In this document: one piece after another, positions 14,555-30,131 of the stretch
How the letters are laid out: each line of letters starts with the position of its first letter
Position numbering within the stretch: the stretch's first letter is position 1
Source of the DNA: Chrysomallon squamiferum
Taxonomy: Eukaryota; Animalia; Mollusca
NCBI GenBank assembly: GCA_012295275.1
Contig: CM022667.1
Coordinates: forward strand, 1,550,001-1,614,000
Direction: 5' to 3'
DNA: 64,000 bases
The notes under the pieces: generated by a model
What the model was told of the DNA's origin: nothing
The model's input: the letters and a program-made list of their open reading frames with translations, nothing else
The model's database searches: none
Translations under genes and position numbers: made by a program

Positions 14555-15729
14555 ATGTGTGTCTGAATGTTGGTGGGTGTGGGATGAAAGTGTAATATGT
14601 AATTTCTGTAACAGTAGGGGAAACTTCAGATTACTTGACGATGATGATGATTATTTGTTTTTGTTTATGATGAACAATTACTTTAATAGGTACAAAATAA
14701 TTATAATTTTATCATCATCATCATCATGTTTATCATATAATTTATTGTTGTTCTTATCATAATTATTATTCCAGAGAAAGATAAGTTTTTTAATATATTA
14801 TATATTTCTGAAATGAAATTTTCACACCATTATTACTGTTACATCAAATTTATTAACATTAATTTTCATAATTTTTGTCTCTAAAAATATTTATTTAATG
14901 TTCTAATCCAGCTTTTAGAATTATCAATAATTTTTTCTTATTAATATGGGAACTAATTTTTTATCTATTTATGTTTTTACTACATGGTTTTTGTAAAAGA
15001 TATTAATCAGTGTTATTCAAATAAAGAAAACATGTAATTATTTTTCAGGTTTGGAATCTGGTAATGGCGAAGGTTGGATTGGCCTTAATAAAATTGTCAA
15101 TGATGATCATTTTGCTTGGATTGATAAGACAGTTTTTAATTACAAAAAGTATGATTTTAAAAATCATTACTGTTTCATTTATTACAAGGAAGTACAACAT
15201 AATCTGAATAGAAATAAAACTGTAATCTCCATAAATAAGATAGTTTAAGAAAAACAACAGCTTTTAAAAAAAAAAAAAAAAAAAGAATTTAATTGAATTT
15301 CAGAACATGTGAAATGATTTAGAAAAATCAAATTTAAAAAACTATTTTTAACAAAAGAAGTTTTGGTATTGAGTTCAAAAATTTGTATAAGCATATGGTT
15401 ATGATACTTCATTCCAAAACAATCATTATTAGTTTATTATTATTATCTTTTTTTTTTTTTGTTGGATATCAGCTTTGATCCTGATGTAGGTGTGAATGTT
15501 GATGATGACTGCGAAGTGTTTGATGTTGACACAGGACTGTGGCGAGGGATTGACTGTCTGCGCAATAAAGCCAACTTCTTTTGTAAGATGAACAAAGGTG
15601 AGTGGTGTGGGTTAAATAGTCACCTTCTCTCTCACTGAACAATGTTTAAGTTATTTATTGTCCAAAACATTGTTGAGAAAGTGGTGGAAATAAGTTAACA
15701 TGCCCAATAATAATAACAACAACAACAAC

Positions 15730-15760
<31 letters not shown>

Positions 15761-15884
15761 GTAATAGAATTAACTGTTTCATTGAAATTCATAACCTCTC
15801 AAAAATATGAAGAAGACCAACACATTATTTACAACAACAACAACAATGATAACATCAAAAAATAACAATAACAGTAATAATAAC

Positions 15885-15926
<42 letters not shown>

Positions 15927-17435
15927 TTAGGTTCAGGATTCAGCATCTGAAATCGTTTGAACAGAAATGATTAAGATTTTAGAAATTTTAGAATTTTGAT
16001 GTTGAAGGAAAATAATGTCAAATCCTAAACACAAAATGTATATTATATTTGATTCAGAGCTTTTTACTTATGATCTGCTTATGTTTTTATGTAGTATTTT
16101 CAATATATTATGTGTACTAAATAAAGCTCATAAGTTCTTAAACTATCAGAAAAGTGTGAGTTATCATACTTTCAGATGTTTGAAAAATGGTACAAATTTG
16201 AAAACTTTACTGATTTCAGTATACAGTGATTTTACCTTTGATGTATTTATTCAGTTGGGGAAAATTGGTAGTAAGTAAGTGATACGTTCGGTTAAAAAAC
16301 AGGATTTTTTATAATCATTTTATTCATTTTTAAGTAATAGATTTAAATATTTAATTATATTAATATAGGCTTATTTTATTTTTATTTCCCTCACCTCCAC
16401 AATAACAGTTTATAAAGTATTATATATATCTGATCAGTAGTACTCAAATATATTTTGTATTTCATTTTGCAAGGTAAATATACAGTTTTGTATAACACAC
16501 CTGAAAAAAAAAGCCAAAAGAATCTGGTAAGAATATTTTAATCATAAATAGAAAATAAAATTCATTATATAGGATTTTCACTTTCATGGAAATAAGAACA
16601 AGGAATTAATTCTATGGCTTACCAAGTGGAAATAACTGATCTCTCAGATATATTTTTTTTTTTTTCTGGACAATTATCTGATTTAAATATATTTCTGATG
16701 CTGTTATCAGAGATATCTGATTATTTTCACTGTTAATTGCATAATCTAACTTAGTAAGATTAAAAAAAAACATTATTTAAAATAATATCACTAGAATTAA
16801 TATTGCTTTCCTTATTTAGCTTCATTTTGGTAAAGACAAAGCTATACCTGTAATTAACATTTTAAAAATATCTAACTGATGATAAGTAATTAATTTCTAG
16901 CATTCTTCCATCAGAAGTCTATTTAAGCATAACTAAATATGAGACTTTCATGTTGAAAGTGTATTATTAATTATATTTAAATTTAATAAACAAAGTTGTA
17001 AATCTCTCATGAATTTGTTACTTTTGCTCTGCTAAAGTTATGAACCAAGATTTGTTTAAATTTTCAGACCAAAAACCGATGAATGTTATTGTGGTAGCAG
17101 TTGTTGTTCCTGTCGTCATTTTGCTTGTTGTCATCGTTGTGGTTGTTGTGTACTTGAAGTTCGGCAGGAAGACCAGTCGGACTGAAACATCTCGCAGGGC
17201 TGCATACACAACATCCCAGAATGATGATGTTCATCATAATGATGATGATGATCATCATCATCATCATGCAGTGGGTTCAAAAAATGAACCCAGAACCAGT
17301 GTGATCACTTCTGGATACTCAGAGAGAAACAACTTTGGAAGAATTTCATCAGCTCCCCCTGGTGAGGGCAACATTCAGCATGTAGCGCCACCTACCTATG
17401 AAGAAGCACTGAATCATCCGGTCCTTGATGTTTGA
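11956..17435 (+). CDS. Type I membrane protein: signal peptide + CUB domain + C-type lectin domain + TM + cytoplasmic tail with PPxY
   Basis: Exons 11956-12025, 12632-12889, 13779-13934, 14293-14457, 15049-15148, 15473-15597, 17068-17435 join in phase. CUB: YRNNQKCQWLI, YDFVDVRDG, WCG..., LYITFKSD. CTLD: WFTAQEYC, LVSIHS, GWIGLN, WRGIDC...FFCK. Val-rich TM and APPTYEEA. Confidence 0.85.
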
Positions 17436-18730
17436 ATGTTAGTTTGTTGATTACTGTGATACATCATTTTTTTCTTATCATTTTAAGAATTTCTGTATTT
17501 TTTTTTAGTTTACAAAATAGTTGATTTTTATTTATTTATGATTTAAAATTTGTATGAATTTTATTGATTTTAATTTTTGATTTCTACTTCAAAAGTAGAG
17601 AAAGAAGTTAAGTTTTATTAATATTGTTATTTCTTTTAAACTGAAGCTGTTGGAAAGATAAATTGCATAAATTGAAAAATTTCTTTTTGATGCAGCATTT
17701 TACACTCAGGTCAACGATTTTTATTAAATTTAAAAAAAAAAAAAAAATAATCGTTTCAACAGTTTTTATCATGTTTAAATACAATCAAAATTTTAAAAAT
17801 TAATACCAGCATTATATATTTTTTTTTATTATTATTATTATATCATTTATATTCTTGTATATTCCCATGTTTGCCAGTTTTATTTGATTATGTTGTAAAA
17901 TATTATTATTTAGGTTATTTATTTTTATTTATTAATATTTCCTTATTCCCCAGAATTACTTCTTCATTATTGTGAGATTTTGTTTTGATAAAAAAAAAAA
18001 GAATGCCTTTGATAGAGGCAGCACTTCTGAAAACCTGTTTTAGAGTTTAAAACATTGTCTTTAAAACATACACAAGTTCTAGTGATGAACACTGATATTA
18101 ATTTTTCATTTTAGTTTAACCACTGTACATTAATATGTTGTTGAAAAACAAATATAATCTGCTGAACTCAGAAACAAAGTGGACATTATTTCAAAATATA
18201 TTTAGGCATTTGAGACCATAAAAAACATGTAAATATAGAATTTTGATGACATGTATTGACCCTTAACAACTTTCATGAAGGCTATTTGTTTATTTCATGA
18301 AAAACCTATTCTTAGTTCAGTCATGAAATACATACTCACAAAAAGCCACGTTTTACCATATATGTATATTTTTCATTATACAAATTCATTTTTTTTATTA
18401 CTCCAAAAAATTAACTCCAAAAGTTTATTTTCATTTTGTTATTTTTATAACATTCCATGATGTGTGTGTGTGTGTGTGTGTGTGTGTTAAGAGTTTATAT
18501 TATATTCAGATGGTGAAGGATATTGTTTACAGGAATATTATAGCTAAACTTCTAAATCATGTACAGGCTAAAATGCATTTTAACATATTTATAGTTTTGT
18601 ATATTACGAATCATCACTGATTTTGTCCACCAGAATAAGAAAACAGTAATTTCTTGTTTCAGGCTTTATCATGTCAAGATATGTACATTTTATTGTTCAC
18701 AAATATATATCAGAGATGCACAGTACTTAA

Positions 18731-18767
<37 letters not shown>

Positions 18768-21700
18768 AATAAGTTTTATATTTCAAGAACAATTAAAACT
18801 TTTTCTCTCAGATTTTATAGTTTTATTTTTTAAATGTTATTATTGATCTTACTATTTCATATCATCAGATAATGAGAGATATCTACCCTAGGTAATTAGA
18901 TATATTTATATAAGATATTTTTACAGAATATACTTACTGGTCATAAACTGTTAGGTCATAAAAAGTTGACTTCTTTCAGTCTTTTTATAAATGAATAAAA
19001 CATATTTTTTAATGTTTTAATATATTTGTATTCTATGTTATTAAGTTTATATACATGTATTTTAATAGAGTGTATTTGTGATAAGATTATATTTATATCT
19101 TTGCATTTGTATGATACTTTTTTCACTGTTTATGTATTCTTGCAAAGATTTTATATTCATTCTACTGCTGTATTGATTTATTTTTCTCTCCATCTGTTTG
19201 CCTCTCCACACACGTTTAATTTTAATATTTTCATGATCTTTTCTACTTGTTCATCAAAATTGTGATCTGTGCTTTTCTGTGGGAATTTGTATGTAAAAGA
19301 TGCCTTGTTGATTGTTGAAATAGAATTGCCATGTCTGTGCATTCCTTAATCAAAACATATAAAGTATAGTATTGTAGATTAGTAATGTATTATCCACTAT
19401 AAAATATATCGTCATTTGTTTATTTTTAACTTACCACTTTTGAAGATGTTTAACTTCAGGACAGAATTTACAGTAGTAAACTGTATGAAATAATACATAC
19501 ATACATTTTATTTACACTGGTGTGTAGGTGTGTGTGTGCATGCCCTCCCACATGGATGAATATATAATATAGGATACTGCAGTGCTGTATTTTGAAGTTT
19601 ACAATATAGTATTTTATAGTATCTCATTATGTTTGGGTGTATCAGAGATTTATGAATTAGTATGTTTATTTATATTTTTTTTTATTGTTTTCTAATTTCA
19701 ATGTTGTTGCGGTTTACACAAAAGGCTAGTCATGAAATGTTTAATAAGTAAATATATATTTTGTACCCCAAAGAACCTTGTTATGAAGATATTTTTTTTT
19801 TTTAATACTTTTTAAAAATATTAGTATTTTATAATCCTTTTCTGGTCTTTAATAAACAGTTCAGTTTCTATATTTAATGATATATTTTCTTTTATTTCAC
19901 ATTACCATATTTCGATATGAACTCTTGAATTTTGTATGTAAATATGTATGTATATTTGAAATCATTTTATATTCACTATAAAGGTGATACATATATTTTT
20001 TGGCACTTTGCAGATTATGTTTACAATAAATTTTTATATTTTTAACTTGCTTGTGTTGTTTTATAAGAAAAACTAATAATAAATAAATAAAAATTGAATG
20101 AAGCTTTTTTCTTCTTCCTTTTACAAAGTTGAGAGATTAAAACAGGCACATTTCCAGAGAACTAATTTCTGTTGTTTATGTTTAAAAAATAAAATTATTA
20201 CTACCAAACTGCTTACATGCAAAACAATGTTAATTGAAAAACTAAAGCAAAAATAATCATCTTGCTAAAAAATATTTTATTAAAATTTCATGATCACAAT
20301 CTTTAAAGTAACATATAATTCAATTTGTAACAAAAAAACCCTTTCTGTATAAAAAGAGACAGAACTTTTGAAACACATACCAAACACAGACATTTTTAAA
20401 ATTAGAAGGAAAAAAAAAAAGAATAAACCCTGATAACTATTTCCTGTAAAACTGAAATTGATTTAATATGGCCTAGAATACTGTTTCAATGGTAAACATG
20501 GAAGTGAAAATAATAAATTAAAAAAAGACTAAACCCTGTTACATCATGTTTTAAGTGCTTTAGAAAATGTCTACTAGAACAAATACTTAAAAGAACATCC
20601 ATTTGTAAGAAGCATCAATTAAAAAATAATAATTTTGTTATATCTGCCATTTTGAATATTTAACAAAAAAAAATAAAAAAAAATAATAAATGAAACAAAC
20701 AGTATATATATTTATGTTAGTAAAATAGATTTACAGGAAATGTTTGTGCATTTCTTAAACGAGTATTTCAATAACCAAAATGATCTTGAGAATGTAACCC
20801 TGTTTACAGTGAATTATTTGCAACCAAACATTCATTAACATTTCAAATATAATTATTCAAAACATGTAAAAACTAATACAGCTATGGCACCAAACATTTG
20901 CAAAAAATGTTTTTAAAATCTGTTTTAATAACCAAACTGATTATTCATAAAATGATATGAAATTTTTTCTTGACTGGATTTCAAATGCCCAAAATACTTA
21001 TGGCATTTTCCAACATAAATGTTTTTAAACAATCATAATACAAAATATATTGATTTTTGCATACAAATACACCTGACTGTATAATATTTACACCAAAGAT
21101 ATGTATATATTCTTCAAAAACGTTTTAATAACCAAACTTGTTTCCAGCTGGTATTTTGCATGCACCAAATACTTCTGTTTTTTCAACAGATAATTCTTCT
21201 TTATACAAACCTGATAATACAAAATGTATTGATATTACAACTAACCATACAATATCTGCACCAAATATTTGTAAGTGCTCTAAATATATTTGAATTTAAA
21301 AAGTATTTTTAAATCTGTCACCTAAATATAAATATATATAGATAGAGAAGTATAGTTTGGTTATAAAAAACCTATCGTATGAGTGTATCAGTCAAAACAA
21401 AGTAATTCATACATATCGCATATTATTTTTAAGATTGTTATCACCATTAGTGTCCAGTATTTATCCCAGTTTTTATTTCATCAGTATTAAATTTTGAAAT
21501 CAGTCTTCTTACCTTACCTAAAGCAAAAAAACCCAAAATGTTTACTGAAAATAAAACTAACTACCACAGATAACTGTATTTTATGTAAAAACAAGAACAG
21601 GAATAGCAGTTAAATAAGTTAAGGTGGAAAATTCTAAAAATTATTTAAATAAATAAATAAAAATATAAATAAGATGGAATGCTTAATACCAACATTTGAA

Positions 21701-22450
21701 TGTTATCTCAGCTTACTAAAAATATTGTGCTCAATGTATAATAAATGAAAAAAATCATTTGTTTACTTGTAGTTCACAACAACAATATAGTTATGTATAT
21801 AAATCTCAATCTGAAAGAAATTATACATAAATAAGCAAAACACTAAAACAAAATTTACATCATTATAATACATGTATTTTGTGCTGTATAACATACCATC
21901 ATTTTCACTCATATATGAAAAAAAAAAAATCTTAAGGAGTAAGAAATCTGAAAAAAAACACCTGCTAATACACAACCCTGTAAATGATTGTTTTACTACC
22001 AGAGAGAAAATGTACTTAAATGAGTTCTGTTTAAAAATTTAGTTAAATAAACAGATTTAATCTAATTTTTTCTCTGACATATACATTTCTTTTAATTAAA
22101 AATGTAGAATGTAATTTATTATTTTTTGTAATGTATCTAGACCCATAACAACAATTTAAAAAGATAGAATTCAATATTATTATTATTAATTACATATATA
22201 TTTTTTACATCCCAAAATTATAACAACAATTTCAACAACAGAATTTACAGTGAATTATTATCATCATCATCATCATTACTTTGTTTTTACAAAATCATAA
22301 CAACAAAATTCAGCAGAGAATTTTATAATTTCATTATTTTGTTAATTAACGTAAAACTACTGTATACATAATCACCTCACATGAAAATCATAACAATTCT
22401 TGGCTACATGTTAGTTTTGCACTGCAAATTGTTAAAGAAGAAGAAAAAGT

Positions 22451-22662
22451 CTATGGGATGATAGGATCAGCATAGGAGCAGCCACTCTCAATTCCAAGGT
22501 TGTAGTGGTGACCTTCGCCATTTTTATAAAGACTTGTGACTGTTCTGAACCAGCCATGTTCTCCCTGAAAATTAAAACACCGTGTTGATAAAACTTCTGT
22601 TTTTATTTCAAATTGTGTCTGTCTCTGTATACGTGCATGTGTCTGTGTGTGTCTGTATACTG

Positions 22663-22702
<40 letters not shown>

Positions 22703-23211
22703 CACAAATGTATATATATATATTTTTTTTATTTGTGTAAATAAAAACCTCTATTTTTAAATTATGTTATGTGTGCCCACACACACACACACACACAGAT
22801 ATATACATTTATATAAATATATACGTAGTGTACATATTTACTGCATATTAGAATTTGCTAATTCTTAATCTTATTGTAAATTAAGCCTACACATGTGTTT
22901 TTAATTTATATTTTTGTCACAAATGACATACGAAAAAAAAAAAAAATATATAAAAGTTATATCATCCTTTATTAAGAAGGTAATATTATTGTTTTATTTT
23001 ACTTACCCAAGGCTCCCCCCAGGAATTCCTCACCACCCAGTACTCCACCCCAGTGGCTTTATCAACTCCCCACCCTACCACAGACACTATATGATTAATC
23101 TGAAAAGAATTAAACAATATATTAAAAATAAGAACAACAACAATAACAACAAGAAAATAAGAGAAAGTAAAACTAATAAGACCAATTACAGTAATAATTA
23201 TGATGATGATG

Positions 23212-23245
<34 letters not shown>

Positions 23246-25682
23246 TTCAGAAGAACTAATAATTATTTAATAACAAAAACTGTTCAACAGAAAAAAGACA
23301 ATCAATTTAAAAAAAAAATTTGCTGAAGGTGTTAAAAAAAATAACATTTTAAAGATCATAAAATAAAATATAATAAAAATAAATATAAATTTTAATAATT
23401 AAAAATAAAAATAGAAATATGTAAACAAATGTTTAACAAAACTTACAGCATTAAACAGATGATACTCTGCAAATATTCCACCTGTGTAAGCTTCAAGCTT
23501 GTTGGTTGCCATGACACCACAACTGTAAACAAAACAGAAAATTCATTATATCTAAAATTCAACATGGGCGATGTCTGTCATTTGTTTTAAGAATTGTTAC
23601 TTCAGTCACTACCAACTGATCCTGCATTAAAATACTGCTTACTGTTGCTTCTGTTTAAACTGAAGAAACATTTTTGAAATAACTTAAAATCAAAAACAAA
23701 AAACAATAATTAATTTGTTTTAGCATAATCACTAAGAATTATGGGTAGTGAGATTATGTAAAACATTTTAAAACTGTGTTGCCAACTCTCTGAAATATGC
23801 TTAGGAATTTGTGAGATTAGTTTCAGATACTGATTAAAATGTTCCCTGACAATGTGAAAAATAAAATGGCTACCAAGGTTGACACTGTGTTGGTAACCAA
23901 AAGAAACTTGGCAAACAGACGCAGAAGAGCAGAAGAAGAAACTGCTTGAGGTAAATTTAATTAAGGATGTAATTTATATGTTTCTAGAATGATCTGTGTA
24001 AAATACAGTTATAGTCTGCAAACGATGGGCTGCTTCTGTATGTGCTTTCAGCATTACTAGTAAAAGAAGAGGTCAAAGGTTATATGACAAAGGTTAGTAT
24101 TTAAAATACCTGATTGGTCCATTTTTGTATATTTCTGCCATCATCTTTTTGCGACCACTAACAGTGCCATAATCAGACACCTTCCATCGAGTGAAGTTCT
24201 TCAGATTTTCACATTTGCCAAATGTCGTACATGTTCCACATTCATCAAAAGGATTACAAGCTGGAGGACAAATTATAAATTGAAATGAAATTATTGATAA
24301 TGAGAAGAATTATGAAAACAATTATCTGGGTGTTTTGTTTTTGTTTTATTAAAGTGTGTTTTATATTAAATGTATGTAATAACACTAAAATGATAACAAT
24401 TAATTTAAGCTCTTGAATTTAAATGGACTGCAATCTGGAGAACAAATTAATGATAAATTAAATTAAATTATTTATTGATAATAAACAGGAAAAACATTAA
24501 AAAATTTGCAGTAGATTTTACCAAATTCCAATTATCAAACAACAGTAATAAAACTGCAATGAAAAATAAAACAAAATACAATTAATATGCTGTTGATTCT
24601 CAATTTCATGCACCTTGGTTTTGGATAATTAGAACCAACCACCATTTCCCACTTAAAACCTTTAAATTATTCTAAGTCCCACTAAACAATGACAGCAACC
24701 ATCTCTCAACCCTCTTTCTATCAAAATAAGAGTAATTTTTACCACTGGCCTCGTTACCATTATAACCTAACAAACTTTACCCAACCTAGCCGACATTTTT
24801 CTACTGTAAATATTTCTTAACATATACTGCATAAGATTTGTTTCCATTGTTTTTATGTCTGTATAAATTATTCTGTATTATACAACTGTTAAGTGTGTAC
24901 TAAAGGTTCATGGTTTGGAAAATTTCAGGATTAATGTTTATTATACACAATTTTCCAGACTGATACTCCTCTCACAAATCTGTGAAACTGTGGGTCAGCA
25001 GTATATTCATTGTAAAAGAATCATAACAGGCCAAATATAATTACAGACATTTCTGAATGTGTTTCACATTCAGGCATATATATGTAACTATCTATCTATC
25101 TATATATATATATATATATCATATGTAAGTATTTTTGTATTTATCTATCTATATATACATCATGTCTATGTATGTTTGTATTTATCAATCTATATATATA
25201 TCATATGTATGTATGTTTGTATTTATCAATCTATATATATATATATCATATGTAAGTATGTTTGTATTTATCTATATCTATGTATGTATTTATCTATCTA
25301 TCTATTTATTTATATATATATCTCTATATATACACACCCTGATCTTTAGCTTGGTAGTTGTTGCAGGTTTCGTCGGGGATGCCCTTCTGATGTGCGTAGG
25401 CATAGACCCCAAGGTCACCTCCACCTTCGCAGCTGCCTGCATTGCCGCAGTCGATGACGTTCTGGACAGACAGGTAGGTTGACGGCCACTCTCCTTTCCT
25501 GAGGATGTTGATCCTGTCAGCCAGCGCACTGGTAGAACCCATAGCCCAACAAGAACCACAGTCTGAAAATTAAAAACGCAAAAATTATACTTTTAACATT
25601 TTTACATGACACACATATACACACAAACATATACATACATATATATATATATATATATGTATTAAAATTGTTCTTATTATGA

Positions 25683-25721
<39 letters not shown>

Positions 25722-25934
25722 GATATACATAAATACAACAACAGTATATCTACATACATATTTTATATATATATATATAATATATAGCATTATATAATAA
25801 ATTAGTAAAATAGATATAGATAATAAAATTTGTAACAAACAAAATTATAATAGAGACAATGGATATTAATAAAAAAAGTTATGTATACATATACACACAC
25901 ATGCACATGTTTGTCTGTATACGTACAATAATAC

Positions 25935-25985
<51 letters not shown>

Positions 25986-26564
25986 GAAATATATATGTAT
26001 TGAGTAAACTTACACTGTGGAATATGCTGATTTCTTGTTGTACTGGCATAATTTACACCGCTTATGTTTCTCCAGTCCCATTGTTTTGGCAGTGAAGACA
26101 TATCTATTACTTCATGTGGTCGTGGTTTTGTTCTTAAAAATATAAGTGGCAAAAAAAATATATATATAATTTATAGTATAATATCTAAAATTATGAATAT
26201 TTGGTACACATTTCAATTTATCATTTTATATAAATTTGTCCGTTCCCTCATTTTATTGTTAACTTTTATTAGTAATAACAACTTTTTATTATTCTGAACA
26301 GTGCTCTAAATACAAAGAGCTAAATGATCATTTTTGAATATATAAAATTAAGAAGCAGTATCGAATATGAAACAACAATGAAAATGAAACTTAAAAACAT
26401 TTTACTCACTTCACGGTTTTGACGCCTTTGTTGAACTCCGGGTTAAAGCAGTATGGTTTTTTATTTACCCTTATTGCCAGATCTTCATTTTTGTAAAACC
26501 ATCTTCCAGCATTTACAGAAAGGGACAAAACAAAAAGCAGCAGGAAAAACGATGCCCGCACCAT
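22451..26564 (-). CDS. CTSZ: Cathepsin Z/X (papain family C1A cysteine carboxypeptidase), 7 coding exons
   Basis: Signal peptide [48 protein letters not shown] contains the HIP mini-loop diagnostic of cathepsin X. Also [39 protein letters not shown] and [14 protein letters not shown]. Approximate exons 26411-26564, 26013-26132, 25338-25563, 24110-24262, 23467-23523, 23007-23099, 22451-22565. Confidence 0.93.
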
Positions 26565-27344
26565 GATTGTACTTGTAGATGTTACTATCACTATCAGATC
26601 TGTGCTGATATCATATGACACATACGCCACAACAATCACATGCAGAAATCATGTGACAAACGTTCGGACAAAATCGGTTCATTCCGGACGACGTTCGCGA
26701 AATACAGTAAATAACGAGCAATAATTGTTTATTTTTATTTTATTATGATTTCTCCTTCTTTTTTTTTTTTTTTTTTTTTTTTACCATCGTTAGTGAAACA
26801 ATTAATACGTAGAAATAAAAGTAATCTTATTTGCATTTAAATACGTAAGTATCTATGGATGTTATATTTATTCGTAGAATTAAATTAATTAGGCCTATTA
26901 ATCCAGGCCAAAGTAAAACATACTTTTTGTTTTAAAATTTAATATAATCGGATTAATTGTTCATTAATACAATAGTTATTAAACGTGATGTTTATGACAC
27001 ATCCCTAAATATATTTACTATTTACAATTATACTGTTAATTTAATGTGTATGTGTGTGAATGTTTGTATGTATGTATATTGTTTTATTTATTCAAGTATT
27101 AAAGAAAATTAATAACTAATAATAAAGCACAAACAAAAACAACAACAAACACCCTCCCACACACACACACACAAAAGCTAACAAACGTAGCAGTTTATTT
27201 ACAAAGAAATACTGTCACACACAATTGTATTTTATATAAAACAATAACATTTCCTTTCTTCAGAAATATATTATTATTATTAATATTATTATTATTATTC
27301 GTATCTCGATTAATAGTAAAATTGTAGGTACTGTTTTAACCTAT

Positions 27345-27559
27345 CTATCCTACCAAAGCAGTGTGAATGATACGTATTCCTGTAGTAGCTTGAATCCAGT
27401 CACTGAATTCTGAAATGCGGGTGAACACGCTCGGTCGACCTTGACAGTCTTCATCTCCCCAGCTGACCACGCCCACAACATACCATCTGTCGTTAATCCG
27501 GCAAGAAAGAGGGCTCCCCGAATCACCCTAAAATTTTAATATATAAAAACGAAAATAAA

Positions 27560-27625
<66 letters not shown>

Positions 27626-28413
27626 AAACATAAATAAATACAAATTAAATATACAGGGTGTCCACAAAGTCTGGGTACATGGGGAATTTTACTATGTTAT
27701 TTATTTATGTTATTTTTCTTACTCAGATCGAATGATGGCTCTGTCTAAAGAAGAAAGAATCGAGTTGGTACTCTTAAGTGGACGAGAAGGATGGTCTTAT
27801 CGCAAAGCTGCAGAAAAATTCAACCTTAGACACCCTAGTAGACAACCTATTTATTTTACTTATGTACCCAGACTTTGTGGACACCCTGTATAAGTAAATT
27901 AATAAATTATTATCACTATTACTACTACTACTACTACCAATTTTTAAAGAATACTGATAATAATCTTGCTATTTAGGACTGGTGCATTTTCAAAAGAAGT
28001 TTTACTGAACATTATTTTCGATACGATTTTCTGGTTTTTTTTTTTTTGTATGAGGAAGCTCAGCGATTTACCTTCCTTAAATTAAAAATCGAGAAAGGAT
28101 GGGGGTAAAAATCGGTTTATCTGACGATTATTTGGATTATCTTTTTATAAGTAGCACAGTCGCAAAATATTCAGTAAAATTTCTGCTGAGGAGGCATATT
28201 CCTAAATTATTATTATTATTATTATTTTATTCAAGAATCACCCATACACGTACATTGCACACTTGCTTTGTTTCTCCACCTGACGCACATAACTGATTTT
28301 TCGTGACTTTGTTGCCATATTCGCTGTAACACTGACCGACTGTTTTCACAGTCATTTGTACTTCCTGTAGCTTCATTCGGTCACCTGTGCCTAAACAGAA
28401 GAAAATCTTCTGA

Positions 28414-28467
<54 letters not shown>

Positions 28468-28931
28468 TTTTTTTAATTTAAAAAAAAAAAAAAAAATAAT
28501 AATAATAATAAAAGAATAAATCAATCCACACGGCTCAAAATGCTCGTTTCTGCTAAGGAAAAATGCCTAGAAGCAATTTTGTATAATTCGATATGTTTTA
28601 TTGGTTTATGCAGATTATGTATACATAATTTCAAGCGAATAGTAAAATATATATATTTTTAAAATATTGTTTCATACAATTACTGGTAATAAAATGGCAG
28701 ACGTAGTATACCTTTAGTTTCCCCCCATCCGCTGGCCCAGCATTCTTTGTCAACAAACTCGTCAAGAGAAAAGCCAACAGGAAGACAAATCGGGGTAACG
28801 TAGTTGCTGGTAGTGTCCACGGGCGTTAACAACTGAAGCAGTGCAATGTCATGGAAATCATCCGCGTCAAATCGTGGGTGCTGCAGAGAAAAGTGGAATA
28901 TCAATGAATACAAAATCATAATGGCGGCCCC

Positions 28932-28971
<40 letters not shown>

Positions 28972-29025
28972 AGATTAAAAAAAAAAAAAAAAAAATAATA
29001 ATAAAAAAAAAAAAAAAAAGCATCA

Positions 29026-29056
<31 letters not shown>

Positions 29057-29362
29057 CTTCTTTTTTTTTTTTTCGGCAGGGAGAATGCCAAAGAAATAGA
29101 AATATATTAGGCTAATAATACCCGTGATAGGAATATATCGCCAACTAATATTTTTGCTAACACATGACGTTATGAGAACATAACCCATACAACCTTTATT
29201 ATATTTTTGACGAAATAATCTCTTTCTCTTCCACTTATTGCGTGACGATCCAGCTCTCCAGATCTGACGATAGTTGTCCATGGTCCGTATGTCTTGGCCC
29301 TATTTCAACAAATAAACAAAAACAAAAATAAGTAAAGTAGACTAACTTTTGTAATAATAATA

Positions 29363-29410
<48 letters not shown>

Positions 29411-29527
29411 TTAAATGATTTTTACCAGTTATGATTAATTATAATGACGAGGAAAACGACGACAAAACGAAATAAACTGCAGTTTAAGAAAAAAAAATGC
29501 CTGATCAACGATATAACGTTTAAGATT

Positions 29528-29564
<37 letters not shown>

Positions 29565-29582
29565 ATAATAAAAATAAATAAA

Positions 29583-29654
<72 letters not shown>

Positions 29655-30074
29655 AATAAATAAATTAAATAGGATTCGTCTACTTTAGGATGAACCCATA
29701 CATTTCTGGAATCACAACCAAACATTAAAAATCTGTGCTACTACTTACGTACGTACGCAGTGTCCAGCCGTTACTGCCCACAGAGGCGAAAGAAGGACAG
29801 CCCCACATCCGTAGTATTTTCCTTTGTAAATAATGTCCAGCATCCACGGCCACTTTCCCGGAGAGGCGTTTTGACCGTTTACTATCTTTAAATTGCGAAA
29901 TGTTCGCACACCACACTGACCTGCTAAAATAAACGAAATATTTTTAACATTTGTAATTTTTTTAATTTTTTTTTTTTTTTTTAAACACTGGTAATGAATT
30001 ATAACTGGAGTCTATTTAAATTTCATTCATGATCTAAAATTATTGAATTATTATTGTTTTAGTTTTGATTTCTG

Positions 30075-30131
<57 letters not shown>

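Noticed and set aside
17436-22450. 5 kb without convincing ORFs between convergent genes
   Set aside because: Consistent with long AT-rich 3' UTRs of the CUB-lectin gene and CTSZ. No structured RNA or exon was recognised.
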